Shown here: positions 27,100-39,800 of the stretch, one piece after another | Layout: every line of letters starts with the position of its first letter | How positions within the stretch are numbered: the first letter of the stretch is position 1 | Source: Octopus vulgaris | Taxonomy: Eukaryota | Direction: 5' to 3' | Assembly (NCBI GenBank): GCA_951406725.2 | Contig: OX597819.1 | Span: 14,074,001 to 14,138,000, forward strand | DNA length: 64,000 nucleotides | Program-made: the position numbers and the translations under genes | Notes under the pieces: generated by a model | Told to the model about the DNA's origin: nothing | The model's database searches: none | The model's input: the letters and a program-made list of their open reading frames with translations, nothing else

Positions 27100-28097
27100 T
27101 TATTTTAAAATTTTTATTTTGAAGAGGTCCTTCTCGTTGATCATCGAAGCTTGGCATAAAATTCGGAATGGACAGGCAGATGGTAAGTTATTTTACTTGG
27201 AAATTATTGCCGAGGTGGCGGGTGGGAATTCTCACACCCGCCTCCTCTTCCTACTATTACTACTACTACTATAACATATTACACTTCGTCAGGGCTGCCT
27301 TTAACGATACGCTCTACTCTCTTTCATGCTTTCATGTTCTATCTCTCCCTTTTTTTGACCCCCCTCACTCACTCTCTGACCTCTCTCTCTCTCTCACTCA
27401 CGTCTGTTTAGCAAGCATTGTATGTGTGTGTGTGTGTGTGTGATCCATCTAGAATCCTTGCCTGACTCGGTTAAATGAATGAGATGCCGAGTAAAGTGTT
27501 GCTGTTGAGTAGTAAATAAACCTATTACACATCGTTGGGGATTGTTTAGCACCCGGCAACTTTAATCCAGCTGATATGCTGACCAAAATCGTTCCGGCCG
27601 TGACCATGCTGTCTATATTTTTTCTTTATTGCCTAGTATGGCGAAAGTAAAGAATATGTACACCCGGTGTTTTGAGGGGTTACGCTGAAAACGGGTGGTG
27701 TACGTATTCTTTACCTCTGCTGCCTAGTGTATCTGGGACTACAGCAGGTTTTTGTTTCTGAAAGACAAGTTTTAGGAGGATGAAAATATTAGTTTTTATC
27801 TTAAAAGAATGGATTTAGTAATTGCTTCGAGACAGCTTTATTGAAGTTAAATATTCCAACTTTTATGTACAGTCTCTCTCTTTCTCTCTCTCTCTCACTC
27901 TTTCTCTCTTTCTCTCTCTCTCTCTGACCTCGTGAGCACCGCTGGCGATTTTTTTTCCTCTGTTTTTCTATGTTTCTGACGAAGAGGCTCCGCTCGAAAC
28001 GTTAAACCCTCCTTCTTCCCTTCTTTCCTGAGCGCGTCCAATAATACTTTATTTGTTTCGCGTTGTTGTTTTTTTTGTGTTTTCTTGTTTGGATTAA

Positions 28098-28142
<45 letters not shown>

Positions 28143-31100
28143 GTTTAAATATTTGTTGTGCAAGATTTTTTATGTGAAGTGGTGTGTTGAAACAGATATA
28201 TTTCGGAATGGTCATTTTGCCAGTTTAGCCAATAAAAACACACGCACTATATATTTGGTGTTATTTTGCTTCAGTGTTATTTATTTTTGACATTAATCTT
28301 AATCCTATTTCGGCCAGAGTTCTTTCGTCACACTCCTGCGACCGCATCAGTGGTCCTTTCTTTTCTTCTTTCTTATTTGTGTCTCTCCTTACTAACCGTC
28401 AGCCATTTTGTATTTCTATTGTATGTCTTCATTTGCGCTTGCTTATATCTCTGTGCGTCTATGTTTATTTAGTGGGGGTATGCCTGTAATATTTGTATCT
28501 TCTGTTTATATATGTTCATGTAATTTGTATTTTGTTTTTGTTGTTTTTGTTTATTCTTATTTTGTTCGTGTTTACATCCACTTATTATTACCAATGGTAA
28601 ATATTAGAAATAAAATATATAGAGAGCTGAGCGAACAAGAGAAGCGTAAACGTATATTTTTAAAAGAAATTAAAAACACCACTACACGAAAGGAGAAAAC
28701 CTTACTAATGGATATAATATATGAAGAAAACAGACACGTAATACACCAATGCAATATCCATTTTAAGAGGAAGTTATCGTGGTTGAAACAGAAACATCAA
28801 TATGAGCTCACAAAGGAAGAAAAGCAGAAGTATCCAGATACAATAAATGGAATTATGGAAGATGTGCTACTACCAGAAGAGTTCAATGAAGCGAACATCT
28901 ATGGGGGAGTAACAACGGACCCAGACGAAATATCGATACTTCAACTACCACCAAAGTATGCAGTGTATAGTAAGGTGAATACCATCAAATGCCTGTCCGA
29001 GATTGAAAAGTCGTTCACAAAAATACGTTGAAATTTAAATAGATACAATGACAACAACACTTGCAACAACAACAACAACGCGAAAAGCACTAACTGCAGC
29101 AGCAACAACACAAACAATAATGACTGCAGCAGCAACAACAATAGAAAAAATGAATGCATAGACACAAACAATAGATACAAATACAAGAACATAAACAGAG
29201 AAAAAAATCGTATGCAACAACAACAATTATAGGGAGAACTGACACACACAGATAACCATAGTCACAAAGACACGAATAAAAGTTGTGTCATGGGGGTCAC
29301 GATGGAAAATAAAGTTGAATGCAACAGAATCCTTGGACAGGGAGTCAGTAGACTTGAAACAGATAACAATACTCGTAGGAACAAAAATAACAACCACAAC
29401 AGAGGGAATGACAGGGACCAACAGACAGACATAAAACCCAACACTAATATGAACAACACATACACCAGAAACAGGAACAATGAAAATGTCACTAGCGATA
29501 ATCAGAATGATAGCAATAATGGCAATGGTAGGAATAACGGTAATAACAATAATAGTGGTAGTAGTAGTAGTGGTGGTGGTTACAGTAGATGTAGTAATGA
29601 TGGTAGTAATGATAGTTGTGGTGGTAATAGTAATAATAGTAGTGGTAATGGTGGTGATAATAATAGGGAGGTTGATGATGGAAACAGTAACGATAATGAA
29701 GATAACCCTAGAGAGACCATTGACATGTATACGCATCCCTTTGACACTCAATTCTTCAACGTATGTGACAAAACTTACTGCATGAGCTGGATTTATCCAA
29801 CATTACCCTTCAACAAAAGATTATACATCCCAAAACATACCAATGACCTTATGGAAGCACAGTTCACTATAGCTAGGACCAAACTTAGACAGATTTTAGG
29901 ATTATACACTAAGAGACAGAGGCCCAACAACTCGGGATTAAACCTGCATGTGGCCTACATAAGCTCATTCAGCGCACGAGGAACGGAGAGGTGGATATGC
30001 CTTCCCACGGATAAATCCGGCAGGATGTCAATAGACAGCTTACCAAACTACATCCAGGCAATGCAACCTCATATCGCCAATACAAAAATAACAACTGTAC
30101 AGGCGCATGAGGTGAGAGAAAAGGTCCTCAACGCCCACATGAGGATTGGAGCGAATATCGCTAGCAATTACAGAATCTCCTACTTCCTCTCAATGATCAT
30201 ACGCCCTATAATCCGAATGTCACCTGATGTTTGTGACAGCACAGAAGATCTCCTCAGCAGGATCAATGACTGTAACAACACTTGTGACCTGACAGGATGT
30301 ATTGTGGGTAGCATGGATGTGGTATCCCTATACCCATCGATCGATGTAGATTTTACGGTGAAGTGCGTGGAGATGATCAATGAGAGCCTGGTGGAATTCC
30401 GTAATGTCAACACAGAGGAACTGGGCCTCCTACTTAGACTGACATGTAATAATGAATACTTAGATAAACATAATCTTAGTAGTTTCTGCCCCAGTAGATG
30501 TTTAAGAGGTAGACCACCCACAATTACTTCTATGGCTAAGAAGACACATATAGAAAGATGGCGCGGATGGACCAGAGCCATACAGAGCCCCGCAAATGTC
30601 CATCAGGTAAAGAAAATGATCGCACATGCACTAGGAATTAGTATAAGAGTTACCCTAAAAGGCCACACGTTTAAGTTTAATAATAAAATATATGCCCAGG
30701 ACGAGGGGGCAACCATCGGCATTAGTATCGCTGGTGATGTGGCCAACCTTTTCATGGTATGGTGGGACAAGGCTTAAAGAACGCCTAACACAACTCCATA
30801 CTCGTAAACATGTACTCTCGCTATGTTGATGATATCAACATAGTAGTAAAGGCACCCCCACAAGAGAGTAATGTTGATATAGTAATAGAATCTAATGCTA
30901 TGGAGAGCATCCAGCAAATAGCTAACTCCATCCACCAGAGTATTAAGGTCACAATAGACTACCCCACTAAACACCCCAACCATAGACTACCAGTACTAGA
31001 CACTGAACTCTGGCTAGAAATTGTGAATAATAAAACCCAAATCCTTCATTCATACTATGCCAAACCTATGGCCTCAAAATACTTGATCCACCGGAACTCA

Positions 31101-32538
31101 GCCATTGCGGACAATGCCAAATTCAATATTTTGATGGCAGGCCTCGTCAGAATATTGAGAAATGTGTCACGCATGTGCGAGCCCACAGAGTTAAAGAGAC
31201 ACATACAATATTTCATTCATCGCATGCAGTTCTCAGGTTACAGCCATAAAGAAAGGATCAGAGTATATAAAGGAGCCATGAAGAAATTTGATAATATATT
31301 GTGTAATGATAGGAATGGGATTTGCCCACTCTAGGAACAAGTCATGGCACACTATAGAAAGGACAAAAAAGAAAATAGGGAAGGCCAACTCTTGGTATGA
31401 TAGCCATAAATACCAGATTGTCATGTTCGTTGACACCACCCCAGGAGGTGAACTGGCGTACCGCTTTAGAAGGACCCTAGACAAACTTAAGCTAAGAATT
31501 AAGGTTGTTAAAAAGCCAGGCAACCCTATCAAATCTATAATTGGTAGAACCCCCTGTACGGATAAGTACTGTACTGTATGTAGATTTAGCCCAGAAACAA
31601 ACTGTATAGCCAGAAATGTAGTCTATAGTATAAGATGTATAGAGGGACGATGCAGTAACAAGATGACATACGTAGGGGAAACGGCAAGAAGCATAGGAGA
31701 GAGGGTAAATGAACATTGGAGACGACTCAAGGAAGGTAAAAGCTCATCGATTCTGTACCAACACGCCGAACAGGAACAAGGGGGATCTCTCAACAATATA
31801 GAAGCTAAAATCTTGTCCACACATAGAACAGATGAAACAATCAGACAAATAACAGAAGCTACACACATAATAGAAAATAAACCTAGCCTGAATAGAAAAC
31901 TAGAATGGAGCACTAGCACACACCACAACATATGACGATAGAGGATCCTGAAAACATAATAAATAAACAAATAGAAATAAATAACTATATATATATATTT
32001 TTTTTTTTTCCGATTGGATTTATTATTATTACTAGTATTGTTGTTATACATACATACAAGCATATGTAATGATAATAATAAGTGGATGTAAACACATGAA
32101 CAAAATAAGAATAAACAAAAGCAACAACAAAATACAAATTACATGAACATATATAAACAGAAGATACAAATATTACAGGCATCCCCCCCACATACACACA
32201 CTAAATAAACATAGACGCACATAGAGATATAAGCATGCGCAAATGAAGATATACAATATAAATACAAAATGGCTGACGGTTAGTAAGGAGAGACTCAAAT
32301 AAGAAAGAAGAAAAGAAAGGACCACTGATGCGGTCACAGGAGTGTGACGAAAGAACTCTGGCCGAAATAAGATTAAGATTAATGTAAAAAATAAATATCA
32401 CTGAAGCAAAATAACACCAAATATATAGTGCGTGTGTTTTTATTGGCTAAACTGGCAAAATGACCATTCCGAAATATAACAATATCTGTTTCAACACACG
32501 ACTTCACATAAAAAATCTTGCACAGCAAATATTTAAAC

Positions 32539-32579
<41 letters not shown>

Positions 32580-32620
32580 TAATCCAAACAAGAAAACACA
32601 AAAAAACAAATATATATACA

Positions 32621-32661
<41 letters not shown>

Positions 32662-33775
32662 GTGTGTGTATATATATATATATGTGTGTGTATATATATA
32701 TATATATATGTGTGTGTATATATATATATATATATATGTGTGTGTATATATATATATATATATATGTGTGTGTATATATATATATGTATGTGTATATATA
32801 TATATATATGTGTGTGTATATATATATATATATATGTGTGTATATATATATATATATATGTGTGTATATATATATATATATGTGTGTATATATATATATA
32901 TATGTGTGTATATATATATGTATGTGTGTATATATATATATGTATGTGTGTATATATATATGTATGTGTGTACATATATATATATGTATGTGTGTATATA
33001 TATATGTATGTGTGTATATATATATGTATGTGTGTGTATATATGTATGTGTGTGTATATATATATGTATGTGTGTGTATATATATGTTTGTGTGTGTATA
33101 TATATGTATGTGTGTGTATATATATATGTATGTGTGTATATATGTGTGTGTGTATATATATATGTGTGTGTGTATATATATATGTATGTGTGTATATATG
33201 TGTATGTGTGTATATATATATGTATGTGTGTATATATGTGTATGTGTGTATATATATAAGTATATGTATATGTATATTTATATATTCATACATACATGTA
33301 TATATGTATATATATATACATACATATATATATGTGTATTTGTATGTATGTGTGTATTCGTATGTGTGTGTATATTTGCATGTATATATGTTTGTGTGTG
33401 TGTATATTTGTATGTATATGTGTGTATTTGTGTATGCATATATATATATGTTGTGTGTATATGTGTATGTACATATGTTATGTGCTTGTGTGTATGTGTA
33501 TATATGTCTATATCCATCCCTTTACCCTCGTCGCCAATTGCATGCGTTTCCGCTCTGCTGTTTCACATTGCTGTGGAGAAAGAAGGAAACTTGCTCTTAG
33601 CCTTATGAACAGTAGTATACTGTTGCTATGGTGATGGAGTAGAAAGCGATTCTTCTTCTGCAGCCATGCTGGGCCACTGCTGCTGCATTGAAGCGGGTGG
33701 GCGAGTCGGCTTCGGCACTTTGTGTTCGTCGGCCTGCTAAGTTAATACACATGCTAAAACAACAGTTGTACCTGT

Positions 33776-33812
<37 letters not shown>

Positions 33813-36800
33813 TTATATTACTGCTGTGGGATCAAACCCGGAATCAGGGGGCTGCGAAGACCTTTTCCACATAGCTCTATTTGTTTTTCCTATTCTTTAT
33901 CCTTTGTTTAGCGTTGATCATGATGAAGGGCTATCTAATTTCGACCATCTCAACTTTTTGCGGGAATGGGGGTGACCCAGTATAACTACGACTATCTCTC
34001 TCTCTCTCTCTCCATCCTTTTTAAACTGTATGGTGTGGTTTGAGGAAGATTTGGTTGCTATTTCTCAATGGTTGTCTGGCTGGATTCGATCTGTGTGTGG
34101 ACATGTTGCATAATTTCTATTACAACACTCGGATTAATCAGTCGTTTTGATGGAATTTGGTTCACGGAAATTGTATCACCCACCCCACCCCCTTGTTATT
34201 CCTGGGTGAGAAACTTGTCGGGTTTGACGTGTACTTGGTCCCAGGATGGCTCGAACGAAGTCCGCTCTCGTTAGATGTCGGACCAGGTTCTGGTGAACCT
34301 GCATCAAATAACCCAATCTCCCTTAAATCATGTCATCAAAAAGAAGGGCATATTTGTATGATGTATTCCTCCAGGCGTAAACAAGGATGGCCACGGCTAG
34401 AGCACCTTTGATCATAGGTTTGCTCGATTAGAAGTTACTGGTTTATACACTTTCTTTAAATAAATACATGTCGTTTATATTTACCAAGGATTATCTCCTG
34501 GTTGCTCTCATCGATAGAAATAAGTCACCTTAAATGAGAAGGAAAACTCAGTTGGGGCTTAATGTAAATCTAAGATAATACTGTCTGCCAAAACGAAAAG
34601 AAAAAACATTGTGATCATGGTCGGAATGCTCTCGCGCATAGAATCTGCTTGATCAGGGCTGACCTGGTACAAAAGCTAAACCTATATCTAAACTTCTACA
34701 CACACCCAGTTTGTACATTTTATGATATAAAGTGCGTCAAGGCAGCAGCAGTTGTGCTAACTGGACTGTTACTTGTTCCTCCCTCCCTCCTATTATTATT
34801 TTCTTGGTTCGTTGCATTATTTTCTTTACCTTTCTACCTCTCCCCATTACTTTTGCCCGCCACCAAATGATGACTAGTTGCGCCTCTTCTACCGTTTAGG
34901 ACGACGACACACGTGTAGAAGGGCGCCATTTACTTTTTTTTCTATGATCCAGTCACCAATTTTAATTTAGATTTTAATTTTTTAAAACTTTATCTCGTTT
35001 GTAAATCGTCTTCTCTCCGTTTAATCGCAGATTCCTTTTCAACTGTAACACCAGTTTTAAGAGATCAACTCTGATTGAGTAGACTTATGATCAGGGACGA
35101 GCCACCCCTGACCGTCTCGTCTGTGGGGTAAGGGTGTTGTGGGGAGTTTTAATGTTGTTTTTAATGTGGACGCCTAAACAACCTGCTGAGATTCCATAGT
35201 TGGCACCTTACAAATACTGTTCTATAATGCGCTATTTATTTCGCTGGTCAGACTGTGCCTAGGCTATTTTTCCTTCCTTCCTGGGTCACTTGTGTCAGTC
35301 CACTATCATAAGACAACCCTCGAGTAGTCTTAATTCTACTCGCTTTCTTCAACACTAAAGTTTGAAATGTCTCTAAACATGTTTAATGTGTGTGTGTGTG
35401 TGTGTACCCGCGTATAACATTGATCAGATGCTCTGTTTGACCAGCCTCTCTTTGTGAATCTGGGACTATTTTATCTAATCTTTTTTTCGGTCATTGTAGG
35501 AACTTGACTGCTATTTCTAGCGAGCCGAGTGATCGTGTTTTGTTTTTTTCTATCATTGATTCCTATTATTTGCTGGTCGCACATGAATGATTATGGTTAA
35601 ACATCCCAACTGTGGTCGTCCTGTCTTTGGGGGTTTTGCAGTGCTACATTATTTTAATGGTTCCAATAAGATGTGGTTAGGCTGCTATTTCTACCAGATC
35701 AAGCCACTACGTGGAAATTCCCTTGTTGACTGGTTTATATGAACAAGGAAAACCTTTCATTGCCTTCAGTTTTGTCTTAAATGTCACCTTGCTCTACCAA
35801 GGCCATATTTCAATCAGGTTGCCATAGCTCTCCGCTGTTCTAAAGTCTTATGTGATAAATGTTTTAATTGCTTATCAATTATTGTCTCGGTTTCCATGGC
35901 AATCAGTCTCGAGATAATTAATTCTGCCTCTCTCTCTACCTACACTTTCATAATCAATGTGCTTCAATGCAAATCGATTTCCTCGATCAATCATTGCTGC
36001 TAAAATATTTATTCTGTAATTATTCAATAAGTTATCATTTCAGCTTTCAAATTCTCTTTTTACGAGACTCCCCCGTTCTCATAGGAATTAATGAAAAGGT
36101 TTTTTTTCCTATTTTATTCCCTTAACATTAAATTTTTGGAGGGTTGACTCGCGATGTATGAGAATGTTATTAAAATCGATTCTTCGTCTCGTCTTTAATC
36201 CTTTTTCGAGTTGTCCCCTGCCATTCATTAACCAGTTGTAGACAGCTACAGGTTTGGTTAAGTCTGGAAATACTGGAATATTTCTGGGATTCGATATCGC
36301 TTTTGCGGTTCGTTTCCCCATCCTTTGTGTGCTGTCGTTCATTATCTCGTAACTTCAAGATTTTGATCGTGTGATTGTGATCTTAGAATGTCATTGTTGG
36401 GTACGTGTGAGAGGCCAGATGTAGCTGGTCTGAACTTAAAACACTTGGGATCGATTATGGGCTGTTTAACCCTTTAGCATTTAAACCGGCCATATCCGGC
36501 CAAAAGTATTCTGCCTGTTTTATGTTCAGACTGGCCATATCTGTTCTCTCACACCAACCCTACAATATCATCTTAAAAATTAACAGCTACCTCATCAAAA
36601 TCTCATAGCTACAAGATAATGCCTGATTAGTTCAAAACAATGTGGATGAAAAAGCATTAGTTTTGGCAGAATAATGTGAACACTAAAGGGTTAAATATAT
36701 GCTAGAGGGTTAAGCTTGATTTGTTCCAAGTCAAACCTGTCCTCCACAAACGTTTTCCAATTCCTCATCAATGTTCCCGATTGATGTCTAAAGTCAAAAA

Positions 36801-39800
36801 GCTGTTCAGGGTTGTGTTGTACTTTTCATAAAGATCATCAGATTTTCTACTGATCGAATCTGTGATTAATTATTACAGCTGAGCTCATTGAACTGTTTGT
36901 TTGTGAATCTGTTATAGTTGTCTGTGATACACACATGATCAAACTTGCTCCGATTGTGACCATCCCTTCTAGCCACAATAATAGACACTGACCTCTTTGG
37001 TATAGTTTCCTATTTAAATGTTGGACAGGAATTCCAAAGAAACAACCAGATAGGAAACCATCCCGGGTCTGGACTAGGGAAGCCCTGACTTGCTAGAAAT
37101 AGCAGTCAAATCACATGTTGGATAACATTGCTCTGTTTTTATAGCCACACATACCTCTTAAACGGAAGGAATGGTCATGGCTGGAACGAGTTTCAATCAT
37201 AGTTCTTCTTGATGGGGGAATGACCTGGGGTGAAGCAGATCTCAAGTTTTTGTGTCTTACAATATGGCCCCAGACTAATCAATGCCTTCTGTGTCCTTTG
37301 GGAATAGAATGACCGCCATCACAACCATCTAGTAAATGGCGCTTGGACATTGCACTGGCCAAGCTGGGGCAGCATTTTGATCCCTTATGCTTAAATGCTA
37401 AGTGACATGTAAACAGACCAACACAATTTGTCAGGTGGGTGACATGTGGTAGGCTTCTACACAGTTTCTGTGTACCAAATTCACTCATAAGGCATTGATT
37501 AGTCTGGGGCCATATTGTAAGACACTTGCCCCAGGATGCTGCTCAATTGGATAGAACATTAATCATGTGGTTGCACCCAGCCATGCCCTCATCTATGAGA
37601 TCGTGTTTCATTGCAATGTTTTTACATTCAGTGCAGGGAACCTAACTAGAATATTGTATTGGCAGAGGTTAAACTATTTAACAAACATTATTGTAATTCA
37701 GTGTGGGAAATAGCGCAGGATGTTCCAGTCTTATTGTGACCTCATCAGTTAGACTTCACTGTGCTTGTTGAAAGTGATAACAGTCAGTGTGTACAAGATT
37801 ACATACACACTAGTTGTTGAAAACGATATTGTTTAGAGCAGTGATTCTCAATCTTTTTTTTTTTTTACAAGTGCCCCTCCCCCCAGCCATTCGATGTTTA
37901 AAAATTAATTATATAGATACTTCTTTCAAAATTCCTCATTAGGGTTTAATTTGTTTCCTGCCACCAATTTTACATGACTTGTATTTCAATTCCCTGAAAG
38001 TCTTCTATCTTTGCCATCTCCTTTACAGCATGCTTAACATATTATATACACCCTGTCGATATCTTTAGTTATTCTAAAATCTTACATTTGTGGTTTCTAC
38101 GGGGTTTTTTTTGTGTCGGTGACTGATAAAACCAAACCATAACCAGACGAGCGGGTGCTTAACAGCAGACACCCCCTCTCCTCTGTATTCTATATTTAAT
38201 AAGATTAAATACACAATTTTTCTAGTTTGTATAATTTTAGTAAAAATTTATGGGTACACACGACATCAGATAGTTTCGGGCCCCCTTTCTGCAATGGGCA
38301 GAAGGCTTGAAATTTTGGAAGACGAGGGTAGTCGGTTACATCGATCGACCCAAGTGCTCAACTGGTTATTTTTATTAATCCCGCAAAGATGAAAAACGAA
38401 ATCCACCCTCGGTGGATTTTGAACTCAGAACGTAAAGATTGACGAAATACTACTACTAAGCACTTTGCCTAGCATGCCAACGCTTCTGATTTCTCACTGA
38501 CTTACATTCGTCGGGGTTGACTTTGCTTTTCATATTTTCGGGGTCGATAAAATAAGTACCAAATGAGCACTGGGAGGGGTCGATGTAACCGATTTACACC
38601 CACTCGCGATATTGCTGGCCTTGTGCCAAAATTTGAAACCATTGTTATGTGTGATGTATATAATAGCTGTATGCAAATGTGTGTGTATATTATATAGTGT
38701 TAAGCATTATTTTTTTTATTAAAAATGATATACCTGATTACATTTAGTGTCTACAAATATTCTTTATTCTATTAAACTTTTGTTTTTGTTTAATGATTTT
38801 CAGATAGTTCTAGGTCGAGCAGATAGGTAAAACAATAAAATAAAATGAAAAAGCAACAAAAAAAGCACTTAAACAAAAAAATAAAAACTTCTAAAACAGA
38901 AATAGTATATAACATAAAAACAAAATTTGTGTGAGTCGAGAGAAGCGACAGGTGGTTGGTTTGTGTGGCTTTCTGCTGGAGTAGCAGTAGTCAGCCTGCA
39001 AACTCTACCTCCTCCTGCTACCCCCCCGTGGCTTGTGCGGCGGCGGTGGTGCTGCTGGTGGTGGTGGTGGCGACGGTGCAACGAGAGAAACAGGTTGGGT
39101 ATCACACGGCCCTCAACAACAGACCGATATTAAAACACAATGGAGCTTGTCCAACAGATAGCCCGGTGTGGCGGGGCTGGGGGGTGGGGGTGCCTTTGTA
39201 TTTTGTTTCTCTTTCTTCCTTTCTCTCTCTCTTTATTATAAGTTTTGATAACTCGTTAGATAACGCTTACGATAAAGGGTAGGGTAGCGACAGGAATTGG
39301 GTACACTTGACTCCTTTTAAAGAAACCGTGCTTTTAGTCTTAAAACCACTCCATGTGCTTGCGCCTAACGAGGTTGACCTGTACTAGAAATAACAGCTAA
39401 ACCACCTTTAATCAACACAACCCTGTGGCCCTAAGACCGTTTTATGTCCAAGGCTACCTGTTGCATTATGCCGAGACTGAACTGAAGCTAAACAGCATCT
39501 CTTACTCCTGTACGGAGTTCTCTTGGGCTCTTAATATATACATCTGCTGTGTTTTTTGCAAACAAAGCGATCAACGCTTCCCCTCCCTCTGCCTGTTCGC
39601 TCTTCCTTTTTTTTTTAAGCTGCAGTAATCCCTGGACTTCTATTACACCTGCCATTTATTTTCTTTTTATTTTAGATATTGTTTTGTTCTAGGTCAGTCC
39701 TGACTCAGCAAACCTATTAACCACCACGGTGTAACTAGGACCTCTTTTATCTAATGGATTTTTTTTAAGGCAGTAAGATAGGACTTGAATGAGATTTGGC

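Larger units (their letters stand above)
28066..32609 (+). mobile_element. Penelope-like retroelement with inverted pseudo-LTRs
   Basis: Arms 28066-28590 and 32073-32609 are near-identical reverse complements. They enclose an RT plus GIY-YIG coding region, and both arms include (TA)n. Confidence 0.92.

Noticed and set aside
29029-29031. In-frame TGA in the Penelope ORF as possible selenocysteine (known in some Naiad PLEs)
   Set aside because: It falls at the expected Trp of a K-x-R-W motif (TGG to TGA), the copy has other frameshifts, and the endonuclease is C-terminal, unlike Naiads.
29227-30581. Antisense ORFs over the Penelope coding region
   Set aside because: These are shadow ORFs of low-complexity and coding sequence with no independent protein motifs.
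32379-33634. Long ORFs of 200-360 aa (YIYI/CVCV/HTHI)
   Set aside because: These are translations of TA/TG microsatellite. The same applies to the ORFs at 1587, 6871, 23472-23784, 26942 and 28063.
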